DNA of 64,000 nt from the human T2T-CHM13v2.0 reference genome, Homo sapiens, in contig CP086569.2 of assembly GCA_009914755.4 (NCBI GenBank), positions 25,024,001-25,088,000 on the forward strand. The letters are read 5' to 3'. This document shows positions 33,301 through 46,618 of the stretch, one piece after another (position 1 is the stretch's first letter; each line of letters begins with the position of its first letter). A program made the translations under genes and the position numbers. Under the pieces are notes generated by a model that did no database searches, was not told the DNA's origin, and worked only from the letters and a program-made list of their open reading frames with translations.

Positions 33301-36300
33301 GCACCCATCAACTCATCACCTAAATTTCCCCTAATGTTATCTCTACACTATCCCACCACCTGCCACCAGGTGATGTTTTTCTCCCTGTGTCCATATGTTC
33401 TCATTGTTCAACTCCCACTTAAAAATGAGAACACGTGGTGTTTGATTTTCTATGTCTGTGATAGTTTGCTGAGAATGATGGTTTCCAGCTTCATTCATGT
33501 CCCTGCAAAAGACATGAACTCATCCATTTTTATGGCTGCATACTATTCCATGGTGTATATGTGCCACATTTTCTTTATCCAGTCTATCACTGATGCACAT
33601 TTGGGTTGGTCCCAAGTCCTTGCTTCTGTGAATAGAGCTGTGATAAACATATGTGTGTGTGTGCCTTTATAGTAGAATGATTTATAGTACTTTGGTTATA
33701 TGCCCAGCAATGGCACTGCTGGGTCCAGTGGTTTTTCTAGTCCTAGCTCCTTGAAAAATCGCCACACTGTCTTCTACAACAGTTAAATAATTAACATTCC
33801 CACCCACACTGTGAAAGCATTCTATTTCTCTACGTCCTCTTCAGCATCTGCTGTTTTCTGAATTTGTACTGATCGCCATTCTAACTGGTATGAGGTGGTA
33901 TCTCACTTTGGTTTTGATTTATATTTCTCTAATAATGAGGGATGATGAGCATTTGTTCATATGTTTGTTGCCTGCATCAAAGTCTTCTTTTGAGAAGTGT
34001 CTGTTCATATCCTTTGCCCACTGTTTGATGAGGTTTTTTGCTTTTTTCTTGTAAACTTGTTTAATTTCCTTATAGATTCTGAATGTTAGCCTTTTTTCAG
34101 ATAGACAGATTACAAGACTTTTCACCCATTCTGTAGGTTGTCTGTTCACACTGATGATAGTTTATTTTGCTGTGCAGAAGCTCTTTTGTTTAATTAGGTC
34201 CTATTAGTCAATTTTGGCTTTTATTGCCATGGCTTTTGGTGTTTAAACATGAAGACTTTGCACATGCCTGTGTCCTGAATGGTATTGCCTGGGTTTTCTT
34301 CTAGGAATTTTATGATTTTAATTCTTACATTTAAGTCTTTATTCCATCTTTAGTTGACTTTGCATAAGGTGAAAGGATGGGGTCCAGTTTCTGTTATCTG
34401 CATATGGCTAGCCTGTTTTCCCAACACCATTTATTAAAGGGAAAATCTTTTCCCCATTGCCTGCTTGTTTCAAGATTGTCAAATATCACATGGTAGTAGA
34501 TGTCACATGGTAGTAGATGTGTGGTATTATTTCTGAGGCCACTGTTCTGTTCTATTGGTCTATATATCTGTTTCGGTACAAGTACCATGCTGTTTTGCTT
34601 ACTGTGGCCTTGTAATGTAGTTTGAAGTCAGGTAGCGTGATGCCTCCAGATTCATTCTTTTTGCTTAAGATTGTCTTGTCTATGCAGGCTCTTTTTTGGT
34701 TTCATTTGAACTTCAAAGTAGCTTTCTTTTTCCAATTATGTGAAGAAAATTAATGATAGCTTGATGATGATAGCATTGAATCTATAAATTACTTTGGGCA
34801 GTATGGCCATTTTTCCAATATTGATTCTTCTATCCATGAGCATGGAAGCTTTTTATTTTTCATCTCTTTTTATCTCTCTTATTTCCTTCAGCTGTGGTTT
34901 GAAGTTCTCCTTGAATAGGTTCTTCACATCCCTTGTTAGTTGTATTCCGAGGTATTTTATTCTCTTAGTAGCAATTGTGAATGGGAGTTTACTCATGATT
35001 TGTCTTTCTGTTCTCTCTTATTGTGTGTAGGAAAGCTTGTGATTTTTGCACATTGATTTTGAATCCTGAGGCTTAGCTGAAGTTGCTTACCAGCTTAAGG
35101 AGATTTTATGCTGAGATGATGGGTTTTCTAAGTGTACAATCATGTCATCTGCAAACAGAGACAATTTGACTTCCTCGCTTGTGATTTGAATGTCCCTTAT
35201 TTCTTTTTCTTCCCTGATTACCCTGGCCAGAAGCTTCAAATACTAGGTTGAATAAGAGTGGAGAGAGAGTGCATCCTTGTCTTGTACCAGTTTTCAAAGG
35301 GAATTCTTCCAGTTTTTGCCCATCAGTATATTGGCAGTGGGTTTGGCATAAGTAGCTCTTATTGTTTTGAGATATATTCTGTACATTTCTACTTTATTGA
35401 GAGTTTTTATCAAAAGCGGTGTTGAATTTTGATGAATGCCTTTTCTGCATCTATTGACATAATCATGTGGTTTTTGTCACTGGTTCTGTTTATTTGGTGC
35501 ATTAGGTTTATTGATTTGCATATGTTGAACCATCTTTGCATTTCAGGGATAAAGCTGACATGATCGTGGTGGATAAGCTTTATGATGTGCTGATGGATTC
35601 AGTTTGTCAGTATTTTATTGAGGATTTTCACATCAATGTTCATCAGGGATACTGGCCTGAAATTTTCTTTTTTGGTGTGTCTCTGCAGGGTTTTAGTATC
35701 AGGATGATGCTGGCCTCATAAAATGATTTATGGAGGATTTCCTCTTTTTGTATGGTTTGTAAAAATATCAGAAGGAATGCTACCTCTTTGTATCTCTGGT
35801 AGAATTCAGCTGTGAATCTGTCTGGTCCTGGATTTTCCTTGTTGGTAGGCTATCAGTTACTGCCTCAATTTCAGAACTTGTTAATGGTCTATTCATGGAT
35901 TTAACTTCTTCTTGGTTTACACTTGGGAGGGTGTATGTGTCCAGGAATTTATCCATTTCTTTTTGATGTTCAAGTTTATTTGCATAGAGCTGTTTATAGT
36001 ATTATCTGACAGTAGTTTGTATTTCTATGGGATCATTGGTGATATTCCCTATATCTTCTTTACTATTCTGGCTGGTGGTATATGTATTTTGTTGATATTT
36101 TCAAAACACCAGCTCATGGATTTATTGATTGTTGAAAGGATTTTCCGTCTCTGTCTCCTTCAGTTCTCCTCTGATCTTAGTTATTTCTTGTTTTCTGCTA
36201 GGTTTTGAATTCATTTACTGTTGCTTCATTTGTTCTTTTAAATTTGACGTTAAGGAGTCAGTTTTAGATCTTTCCTGCTTTCTCTTGTGGGCATTTAGTG

Positions 36301-37885
36301 CTATCAATTTTTCTCTACACACTGCTTTAAATGTGTGCCAGTGATTGTGATATGTTGTGTCTTCATTCTCATTGGTTTCAAAGAACATCTTTATTTCTGC
36401 CTATTTCGTTATTTATCCAGTAGGGATTTAGCAGCAGGCTGTTCAATTTATATGTAGTTTTGTGATTTTGAATGAGTTTCTTAATCCTGGGTTCTAATTT
36501 GATTGCACTGTGGTCTAGGAGGCTCTTTTTTATAATTTCCTTTTTTTTTGTATTTGCTAAGGAGTGTTTTAATTCTAATTATGTGGTCATATTTTGAATA
36601 CATGTTATGTGGCCCCTAGAAGAATGTAGATTCTGTTTATTTTTGGTGGATAGTTCTGTAGATATCTATCAGGTTTACTCAGTCCACAGCTGAGTTCAAG
36701 TCCTGAATATCCTTGTTAATTTTCTGTCTCATTATTTGCTGCTTGTTCTTTTCTCTGGAAGCTTCATCGCCAAGGGGCCCCTGTAAGATGCCAGCCAGTG
36801 CTCTGCTGTATGAGGTGTCTGTCAGCCCTTACTGGGAGGTGTCTCCAAGTCATAATACACAGAGGTCAGTGATCCACTTGAGAAGACAGTCTGACCATTA
36901 GCAGAGCTGGAACGCTGTGATGGGAGGTCTGCTGCTTTCTTCAGAGTCATCAGACAGGGATGTTGAAGTCTGCTGAAGCTGCATCCATAGCTACCCCTTC
37001 CCCCAGATGCTCTGTCCCAGGGAGAGGGGGGATTTATTTATAAGCCCCTGACTGGGGCTACTGCCATTTTTACAAAAATGCCCTAGCCAGAGAGGAAAAA
37101 TCTGGCAATCTGAACACATGAGCCTTGCTGGGCTGCAGTTGGCTTCACTAGTTCAAACTTCCCTGCAGCTTTGTTTACACTATGAGGGTATAAGGGCCTA
37201 CTCAAGTCTCAGCAATAGCGGATGCCCCTCCCCCACCAAGTTGGAGTATCCCAGGTTGATCTCAGACTGTTGCTTTGCTCACAGTGAGAATTTCAAGCCG
37301 GTGAACCTTAGTTTGCTTGCCTTCGTTGCGGGTGGCACCTAGTGAGCCAGACCACTTGGTTGCTTGGCCTCAGCACCCCTTTCCAGGGGAGTGAACAGTT
37401 CAGTATCCTTAGCATTCCAGGCACCACTGCGGTATGGAAAACAAACAAGGAAACCAAAAGACAAAAACAAACAAACAAAAAAAAACACTCCTGCATCTAG
37501 CTCAGTGTTTGTTCTAACAGCCTCCCCATTTTGTGCTTGAAACGCACAGCCCTTATGGAGTAGGCACCAAAGGGAGTCTCCTGTCTGCAGGTTGTGAAGA
37601 CCATAAGAGAGGCACATATGTGGAACGGGGCACGTGGCTAAGTCCCTCACAGCTTCCCTTGGGTAAATCAGAAAATTTCCCAACCCCTTTAGCTTCCCGG
37701 GTAAGGTGATGCCCCACCCTGCTTCAGCTCATGCTGCATGGGCTGCACCCACTGTCCAACCAGTCCCAATAAGAGGAACAGTGTACCTCAGCTGGTAGTG
37801 CAGGAATCACTCAACTTCTGCATCGATCTCTCTGGGAGCTGAAGTCTTGAGCTCTTTTTATTCAGCCATCTTGCCAGCAATCCCC
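33300..37885 (-). mobile_element. L1 (L1PA-like), antisense, 5'-complete. About 4.6 kb, so it carries internal deletions. The 3' tail is truncated about 140 bp before the poly-A
   Basis: The reverse complement of 33300–33660 equals the L1 3' end (..ggtgggaattgaacaatgagaacacatggacacagg...gatgagttgatgggtgc). Antisense ORF2 runs through 33700–36400 (minus ORF 33919..34149 contains WAKDMNRHFSKED...HMNKCSSSLIIREI). Antisense 5' UTR at 36900–37885 ends in ccatcttgccagcaatccccccc, the complement of the L1 5' start GG..CCAAGATGG. Confidence 0.85.
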
Positions 37886-37899
37886 CCCATTTTTTTAAA

Positions 37900-38460
37900 A
37901 TTTTAATGGTGAAGGAGGCATTAACTGGAAATGTAAAACTATGCAAATTCTAGAAGAAAGCACAAAAAGAAATTTATGTGATCTTGGGTTTGGTCAAAAG
38001 TTTTAACAAATGATACCAAAGCCGACCAGTAATGGTAAAAAATAATTAATAATTTGTTTTCTTATATTAAATGTTTATACTCTGAGCAAGATCTTGTTCA
38101 GGAAATAGAAAGATAAGCAACAGACTGAAAAAAAAATCTGCAAAATACAGATCTAAGCGAGAATTTGCACTGAAAATACACAAATCTTGAAACTTAAAAA
38201 TAAGATTGATTACCCAATTAATAAGGTGTAAAGAGCTGAACTCACCAATGAAAATACACAGATGGCAAGCAAACAATAAGATGCTCAAACTCATATATCT
38301 ATAAGGGACTGAAAATTACAACAATGAGTTAGCATGGCCCAACTGTATTTGCTGGAACTGATAAACCATTTTTAAAACATGACAAATGATTTGCTGGAGG
38401 AAAAACAGGAATTCATTCATTGCTTGTGGAATGTATGATGGTATCGAAAAAAATAACTCT
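37900..38460 (+). mobile_element. old L1 (L1M-like) ORF2 3' fragment
   Basis: ..agaaagcacaaaaagaaatttatgtgatcttgggtttggtcaaaagttttaacaaatgataccaaagcc resembles the L1 ORF2 segment ENIGENLCDLGLGKDFLDTTPKA, followed by further degenerate ORF2-like sequence. Confidence 0.45.
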
Positions 38461-39080
38461 TTCTAATTCTCAAATTAATCTGAAAGCCTGTTTCTCTCTT
38501 TTACCATGCACAGAAGGAGTTATCTGGTCTACCTTTTGATGACAGACCCAAGATCTAATATAATCTGTGCATCTGGCAGCAGCCACTGGGATCCAGGCAG
38601 AAAGAAGATGGGCCCCACAGTCAAAATCATCTAAGATCTTTTTAATAGAGAGTGACTTATGCAGGTTACCCACAAAGGATGGCAGAGTTCCCGGGGATAG
38701 TAACAGGAACACACTCTCAGCAGTCCTTGGGAATGGAGACATTAACTCAACCTGAAATTTAAAAGGAAAATTTACATTTGAATGTTGACTTTATAGTGCT
38801 GCAAAAGTAAAATATGGCAGGCTCCTTTAAGTATAGTGCCACAATTTAACTAAGGTCACCAAACAGATGTCTGAACCTCTGCAAAAAGACCCAAACTACA
38901 GTAGCAGAAATTGCCTTCTGCACTACAGTTGGGACAGAGGAAGTTTTATGGACCACATCTCATGAAGCAAGTGCTTCTAAGATTATCACCCCATTTTTGA
39001 GAGGCAACGAAGGACCTAACAACAAGCTCTCATCATAGCAATATAAATTTGATTCAAATATGAAAAGGTAAGGTAAAACT

Positions 39081-39210
39081 GGCCAGTCATGGTAGCTCCT
39101 GCCTGTAACTCCAGCAATTTGGGAGGCAAAGATAATAGGAATATTTGATTTCAGAAGTTCCAGACCACCTTGGGCAACATGGAAAAACCCCATCTCTACT
39201 AAAAATACAG
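39081..39210 (+). mobile_element. Alu fragment (left arm)
   Basis: ggccagtcatggtagctcctgcctgtaactccagcaatttgggaggc...ccagaccaccttgggcaacatggaaaaaccccatctctactaaaaatac. Confidence 0.8.
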
Positions 39211-39500
39211 CAGGGCACTGTGGCTCAGGCCTGTAATCCCAGAACACTGGAAAATCATTATGGGCAAATCGCTTGAGGTCAAAAATTCGAGACCAGCCCA
39301 GCCAACATGGTGAAACCACACCTCTACTAAAACTACAAATATTAGCTGGGCATGGTACTGGGGTGTCTGTATTCCCAGCTACCCAGGAGGTTGAAGCAGG
39401 AGAATCATTTGAACTCGAGCACAGTGGTTGCAGTGAGCCCAGTTCGCGTCATTACACTCAATCCTGGACAACAGAATGAGACTCCATCTTAAAAAATAAA
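39211..39500 (+). mobile_element. Alu (full-length)
   Basis: gcagggcactgtggctcaggcctgtaatcccagaacactgg...gagaccagcccagccaacatggtgaaaccacacctctactaaaa..attagctgggcatggt...cccagctacccaggaggttgaagcaggagaatcatttgaac...gcagtgagcc. Confidence 0.9.
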
Positions 39501-39544
39501 AAAGAAAGAGAGTAAAAAAAAAAGAAATAGATAATTTGCTTCAT

Positions 39545-39700
39545 GTGGTGGGGCATGGCTATTATCCCAGGTTCTTGGGAGGTGGAAACACAAGAATTGC
39601 TTGAACCTAGGAGGTGATGATTATAGTGAGCCGAGAGCACACTAGTGCACTCCAGGCTGAATGACAGAATGAGATTCAGTCTCAAAAAAAAAAAAAAAAC
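39545..39700 (+). mobile_element. Alu fragment (right arm plus poly-A)
   Basis: gtggtggggcatggctattatcccaggttcttgggaggtggaaacacaagaattgcttgaacctaggagg...gtgagccgag...ctccaggctgaatgacagaatgagattcagtctcaaaaaaaaaaaaaaaa. Confidence 0.85.
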
Positions 39701-41189
39701 CACAAACAAAACATAACGTTTTGTGTAGTGCTTTTCTAGTATATCTCATATTTGAGTATGAAGGCAGAGAAAGTTCTCACATTAAGTTAAACTTGCAAAA
39801 ATAAACTTTATATTTAAAATATTTTAAGTGCCTCAAGTTCCAGCATCATCTTCAGATAGCAAGCACAAGAATAAACAGAAAAATAGAGAAGCAATGGCAT
39901 GTGATAAGTGCAACTCATTTTGTTTTAATCTGTGAGATAACACTGTAATGACAGAAATTTTTAGCTGCTGCTGATGCAAGAGAGAACAGGTTTATGTAGA
40001 AATAAACTAATAATATTGGTCACCTGCTATGATCTAGGCACATAAGTTAGCTCACTGAATTCCCTCATCAACCATATACTGTGGAAAATATCCTAGAGTT
40101 TATTACTGAGGAATATGGAGTCAAAGGGCCTGCCCAAAGGCACACAAGCCATTGGACAAACAGATAGGATTCAAGAAGGACTCTAAGACTCAAAGCACTA
40201 TCTACACTTTCCTATATGATGTTGATTGAAATTAAGAACTATTGAGTTAACTTTAGTCATCCCCCTCTTTGCCATAGAAATGGCAGTTTATACATCTATA
40301 GAGGAAGATTTTGGATAAATTATGTATGACTAAAATTTTATATATTGCTTAAAATCTATTTCAAAAAATACGCTAAATTATTATATCAACTTATTACAGA
40401 AAAATTACAGATTGATTGAGTTCCTCCTTTTTTGGATTAATAACTATGAGCTCCTCTTGCAAGTAAACAGCTTTTCCTGAAAGAAAGAGCCTTTTAAACA
40501 CTATAATGTTTTCCTAGTGAATACAAAAGCTATTTAGTATTTATGGCCAGTATGTCAGACTTAATGACCATTATTTTATAATATGAAATAGCCTGTGTAG
40601 GGGACAAAACTTTCACAGGCACGTAAGAAATAAGCCCTGCTACCTAACAGGTGATGTGAAGCTATAACTGTCATCTATGTGGTGAAATTCCACCATCTAC
40701 ACCTGCTAACCAGAGAGGTTTTAACTTCCTTGAAGAAGATCTCTCTGTTACTATATTGTAAAAGACAACATTGTTATTTTATTGTAGGTATTACTTTGTT
40801 ATTTTCATTTTATTTAACTTGAATCTATGTAGATATATTATTAAAGCATAATTTGTTATATAGATGATGGTAGTAATTTATAAAAGAAGGGTTAGTCTCC
40901 ACAAGATAGTAGTAAAAGGGGAAGCCACACACTGGGTGTCTGGACAACATCAAATAACCACTCTTGGTGTACTCCCAATAGTCTAATTGAAAATTCCAAC
41001 AAAACGTCACCTCTCCTTACAGGCAATTTCCTAGAAATATATTGAAATGTAAATTATCTGAAGATTGGGAAATTACTCACCTTCCAGTCTCAAGGGCAAT
41101 ATATACAAGAATTCGGAAGGTTATATATAAAGTAAAAATATTATAAATAAAAAATATATTAGAAGCCAATGAAATAAGAAGCTATGTCA

Positions 41190-41340
41190 CAGGAGACAGA
41201 GAAGTTAGAAAATTTTTCATAAGTGAAATACAAGGTATCTCATGGTGAAAAGTAATATGTGCCAGAGGCAATAAGTTACTGCCAAATTCTTGATAATTAC
41301 TGATTTATCAAAATATATTGAAATAAACTTTAGGAAAATA
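41190..41340 (+). repeat. ~150 bp sequence duplicated at 42430–42590 (~85% identity)
   Basis: tttcataagtgaaatacaaggtatctcatggtgaaaagtaatatgtgccagaggcaataagttactgccaaattcttgataattactgatttatcaaaatatattgaaa compared with tttcataagtaaaaaataatgtttgtcatggttaggagtaatatgtaccagaggcaataagctgctgccaacttcttgacaactacagataaatcaaaatgtattgagaa. Confidence 0.7.
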
Positions 41341-42429
41341 TACAGAAAAAATAACTGGCCTTTCTGATTATATAAAATATTAAAAATAATGGTTTGTCGA
41401 AAGGCAGTGAAGACAATTTTTTTTAATTTTACATAATTAAAATTAAAAAAAGTGAACTATCAAAGAGACAATTAAGCATAAGCTATGTTTTTTAAAATAT
41501 AAAACAGACTCAAATTGGGAAGATAATAACCTGTATCAAAACTGAAAACTACGGCTTCTTACCCCACCCAAACCTCACCTTTATTCTTCCTTTGCTCTTC
41601 AATCAGTCAGTTAGTTCTAATGATGTAGTCATCCATTAATTCAAGTTGATACCTGAGAATAAGAACAATTAAATACAAGTTTCACAGTTACCTTTCCAAA
41701 AAGACGTTTATCAATGCAGAAGCTTATCTATGGTACAGGTGCACCTGAGGGCACTGAACACGACATTGTGTGAACTTCAAAGTCCCTAAGTACTAAAGCC
41801 TGGGATATGACTTTCAAACATAAAATGTACAGTAAAACCCTGCCTTCATGTTATAAATCACAATCATACAAAATGGAGGGCTATGTTGTCATAAGGCTAC
41901 TGAAACCATCGTTTTCCTCTTGGTCTCAACTGACCCAAAGAGCATGGAAGAAAATTAAATTTACACAGCACACAACAGACTCAATATCAAATGATAATTA
42001 GACAGTCACTTTCAACCCACCTGTACTATCTGCCCAGCACAAACAAATGTAAGGACTTCTGTGCCCAGGGACCAAGCATGGTCCGGGGAAGCAGGTGCTA
42101 AGAGTATTATATCTGAATTAGTGATACCCAAAGGTACATTTTCACGGTTTTACTTTTCTATCCCAGACTTTAGAAGCTGCCTTTTGATTCCAAAAGTATA
42201 AAGAAACACTCCTGTGGTGAACAGTCCCCAAACTCCAACACTTGCCAAAGTCATACGAGAACTCCCAAAGCCAGAAAGACACCATGCAGGCCATGGAAGC
42301 TGTCACAATGATACCAAATAGTTGACTAGCTCCATAACTATATAAAATTAACAAACATATTTTAATACATGTTTTCCTAAAAATTCAGTAACTACAAAAA
42401 CTTCATATTAGCTACTTTAATATAGAAAC

Positions 42430-42590
42430 TGACAAAAAATTGGGTGAAATGCATCAATTTCATAAGTAAAAAATAATGTTTGTCATGGTTAGGAGTAATA
42501 TGTACCAGAGGCAATAAGCTGCTGCCAACTTCTTGACAACTACAGATAAATCAAAATGTATTGAGAAGATATTGGAAATTCAGAATCTAT
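42430..42590 (+). repeat. second copy of the 41190–41340 sequence
   Basis: see 41190–41340. Confidence 0.7.
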
Positions 42591-43957
42591 TAAAAACACT
42601 TTTTTAAAATAGACTTTTTATATAGAATAATCTCAAGAAATCTTTGCAAGTTCTGTGTAATGGAATATTGATGATAAATTATGAAGTAGGCAATAAAAAG
42701 AGGCCAAATAAATGACCAGAGCACCTGAGTTGAGTCATTTCCTCCTGATACATTAACAGCAAATATTAACTGTGTACCTTTTATGTGTCAGATGCTTTCG
42801 AACCCATTGAAAAGTTATGACATGGGCATAATGTCTTAGCACTGAGGTATTACTCACTGATACGCAAGATCAGAGAAAAGAAAAGCCAAGGTAACCATAG
42901 TTGTCCATATTTTCCTTTTCCTATATCAATATTTGCCTCACATAGTTAATTTTAGCTCTTTTCCTTTGATTATGGCTTTGCAGAATCATGAAGCAATACA
43001 AGGCACATGTTCACTGACAAACAATCTGACCACTAAGTGTAATTTATACATTGTTAGATAGCCCCATCTTTGTGGCAGTATGAGGGGGGTAGGGGAAAAG
43101 TTAACTGAAAGTGATTACAATTCAAACTTTACAACTTATCAACTATGCAACCTCAGCAAGTCACAACGTGCCATTAAATTTAAAGCAAATCACCACCGTC
43201 GATAAATATTTGAGAAGCCATGAGTAAGAAGAACAGAGGATGTGCTTTTCCATACCTTATCTTTTAAAAGCTACCCTAACTCAAACGCAGGAAAGTATTG
43301 GTTATTAATAAACATATGCATTTTTTAAACACTAAAGTTTCCATAAAATGTTAATCATAGACTACTTCCTTAGTGTTTATTGTGTTTCTACCAATGTAAT
43401 TTAAACCTTTTACTTCTTTAAATGTGCCAAACAATTACTTTAGAAGTTTGTTTTTTAGCTTTCGGTCATAGGTCTCATCAAGACACTTTGTATTCTGCTC
43501 CCATCTCCTAAGTCCTCAGTCATGCTTTTAGGTTTTTCTTGCTGGAGTTTCTGGGTTCTGAAATTAGCGAGAAACATAAAGTAAATAAACTATAATAGCT
43601 GAGTTAACAAATTTAGGAAAAACATCACGTGACATGGTTTTAGTTCAACAGACTAAAACTGCTACATGACAATTACTACTGGGAAGTAGAAGAAAAGAGC
43701 CAGAAGTCCTCAGTGTATTTTATGAACTGACCTAATTACAGTGTGTTGAAACTAGCAGAAGCAGTGGGCTGCGGCATATAACTGAGAAGAGTGAGAGGAT
43801 CTCTGACTGAGGGGAGTCGGAGAGTCTCAAGAAAGAAGTGGTTTCTCATAGACCATAATTAATACTTAAACAATAGTTAAAGGTGATAAATTGTCCAAAT
43901 CAATTCTGAGATGAAAGAATAATACTATTAGTTACAAAGTAATAAAAGTGCACTTAC

Positions 43958-44257
43958 GGCCTGGGAGCTGTGGCTTATGCCTGTAATCCCAGCACTTCAG
44001 GAGGCCAAGGCATGTGGATCACCTCAGGATGAGTTCAAGACCAGCCTGGCCAAAATGGAGAAAGCCTATCTCTACTAAAAATACAAAATTAGCCAGGCAT
44101 AGTGTCACATGCCTGTAATCCCAGCTAGTCAAGAGGCTGAGGAAGAAGAATCCCTTGAATCCAAGAGGCAGATTTCACAGTGAACTGAGATTGCACCATT
44201 GTACTCCAGCCTGGGCAACAAGAGCAAAACTCCACCTCTAAAAAAAAAAAAAAAAAG
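43958..44257 (+). mobile_element. Alu (full-length) with poly-A
   Basis: ggcctgggagctgtggcttatgcctgtaatcccagcacttcaggaggccaaggcatgtggatcacctcagg...actccagcctgggcaacaagagcaaaactccacctctaaaaaaaaaaaaaaaaa. Confidence 0.9.
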
Positions 44258-44375
44258 TGTACCTATGTATTTGAATCGTCTATAACGCTGTCTGTAACTC
44301 TGGAATTTAATTAATTATCTCATAGATATTTAAGGTACAATGTTTGTTTTTCTCACTTAATAGTCTATCAGCTTT

Positions 44376-44520
44376 AGTCAAGTGTGGTGGCCTTCCACTA
44401 TAATCCCAGTTTTGCAGAATGCTGAGGCAGGAGAATCACATGAACCCAAGAATTTCAGACGAGCCTGGACAACATAGAACATCGTGTCTCTTAAAACCAA
44501 AACATCACCAACAAAAAAAC
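44376..44520 (+). mobile_element. Alu monomer-like fragment
   Basis: agtgtggtggccttccactataatcccagttttgcagaatgctgaggcaggagaatcacatgaacccaagaatttcagacgagcctggacaacatagaacatcgtgtctc. Confidence 0.6.
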
Positions 44521-44559
44521 CCTACAAAACAAAAAACTGTTGATGGAATACTGATCAAG

Positions 44560-45300
44560 TGCCAAAAGAGACAGAAACAGAAAGACGGGTCACTCAGGGC
44601 TTCCAAATACTGAAGAATAAAATGATCTTCATAGTAAGACTTCAAATCACCCATTGCAGCAATTCCCAAACCCAGGGAGATGGATTCACAAATGATGAGA
44701 TCCAGCCATCCTGAGAAGTACTGCAAAATACTGACTAGTCTGAGATTTGACCCCGCCATCCCATTACTGGGTATATACCCAAAGGACTATAAATCATGCT
44801 GCTATAAAGACACATGCACATGTATGTTTATTGCGGCATTATTCACAATAGCAAAGACTTGCAACCAACCCAAATGTCCAACAATGATAGACTGGATTAA
44901 GAAAATGTGGCACATATACACCATGGAATACTATGTAGCCATAAAAAATGATGAGTTCATGTCCTTTGTAGGGACATGGATGAAACTGGAAATCATCATT
45001 CTCAGTAAACTATCAGAAGAACAAAAAACCAAACACCGCATATTCTCACTCATAGGTGGGAATTGAACAATGAGAACACATGGACACAGGAAAGGGAACA
45101 TCACACTCTGGGAACAGTTTTGGGGTGGGGGGAGGGGGGAGGCATAGCACTGGGAGATATACCTAATGCTAGATGACGAGTTAGTGGGTGCAGCGCACCA
45201 GCATGGCACATTAATACATATGTAACTAACCTGCACATTGTGCACATGTACCCTAAAACTTAAAGTATAATAATAATAAAGAAAAAGAAAAAAAAAAAGA
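44560..45300 (+). mobile_element. L1PA 3' end (C-terminal ORF2 plus 3' UTR plus A-rich tail), 5'-truncated
   Basis: ORF 44680..45066 translates to ..FDPAIPLLGIYPKDYKSCCYKDTCTCMFIAALFTIAKTCNQPKCPTMIDWIKKMWHIYTMEYYVAIKNDEFMSFVGTWMKLEIIILSKLSEEQKTKHRIFSLIGGN (L1 ORF2 C-terminus). Then ggggaggggggaggcatagcactgggagatatacctaatgctagatgacgagttagtgggtgcagcgcaccagcatggcacat...gtaccctaaaacttaaagtataataataataaag. Confidence 0.9.
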
Positions 45301-46335
45301 AAAAAAAAAGGATCCAGGTATTAGCTCCCTCTGCTGGTAATGTGGAAAGCAATGGAGAGGTAAACTACATTGATTTAATATATATGCTGAGAGAAGGGAA
45401 ATGGAGTAGAGAAAATGTGGGTTAAAAAAAGTGATGTACTCTCTCTGCCCAAATGTTGATTCTCTTTTTTTCTCTCTCTCGATTAATTTACCTTTTCATT
45501 ATTGCCAAAAAGAGAGTAAAGTACACAGTGAGTTGAAATAAAAAAAATCAAACCTATAGAAGTGAGAAAACAACATTAAATAAGATGGAGACAAATTTTT
45601 TAATGAGTTAAAATCCCTAAAGTATCTATCAGTGTCAATTAACAGCACATTCCCAGTGGAAAAGAAGGCTTCTTGTGCAAACTATAGACAGGTGAGCCTA
45701 CTGTCAATCCCAGGTAATATACAGATGAAACATTTCTGGGCACTTAGAAAAAGTGAATAGCATTGAGAAATAGTTTCAGCAGTACAAGTCAAGTCAAACC
45801 ACAATACTTCCTTTTTTTGAGCACAGAGCTGGTAAAAACCACAGGCCTGGATATTTGAAATTCAGTTACAATAAATAAACACACAAAACTATCAGACCTG
45901 AAGGAATGAAGTTAACTTTAAAATATATGATCTGTTGAAGTACTAACAGCGTCTCCAAATTTTCTGTATGATGTTACTGTGGCCTGGTGATAGCATCTCA
46001 TTCTGCCTTTCATCTTAATGTTTAATATTTCAAAAGCACAGCCCTAGTGTTTGTTTCCTTAACATGTAACTTCTAATGCTGGGTGATATCACCTTTATAA
46101 AAAGGAATTCTATTTGTCAACAAATGTTATAATATTGAGACATATATTGAGTAATTATTTTTAATCTCATCATTCTGAATATCCAGAATAAACATGCATA
46201 CCTACAGTTCAAAATCTTCAACTCTCTGCTTCAGCTCTGCTTTTCTTTCTCTTAACAAATCCATATCTTTTAGTAAAAGAAGCCTTGAGCATCAATTTTC
46301 TTGTTTCAATCTCTAAAAAAGCATTTATTTTTGCT

Positions 46336-46618
46336 GGTTTGTAGTGGCTCATGCTTGTGATCCTAGCCTTTTGGGAGGCCGAGGCAGGTAGGTCACGAGG
46401 TCAGGAGTTCAAGATCAGCCCAGCCAAGATGGTAAAACCTCATTTCTACTAAAATACAAAAGTTAACTGGCCTAGTGGCAGGAACCTGTAATCTCAGCTA
46501 CTCAGGAGGTTGAGGCATGGAACTGCTTGAACTTGACAGGTGGAATTTGCAGTGAGCCAAGATCATGCCACTGCACTCCAGCCTGGGTAACAACACAAGA
46601 CTCTGTCTCAAAAAAAAG
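46336..46618 (+). mobile_element. Alu (full-length)
   Basis: ggtttgtagtggctcatgcttgtgatcctagccttttgggaggccgaggcaggtaggtcacgaggtcaggagttcaagatcagcc...actccagcctgggtaacaacacaagactctgtctcaaaaaaaa. Confidence 0.9.
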
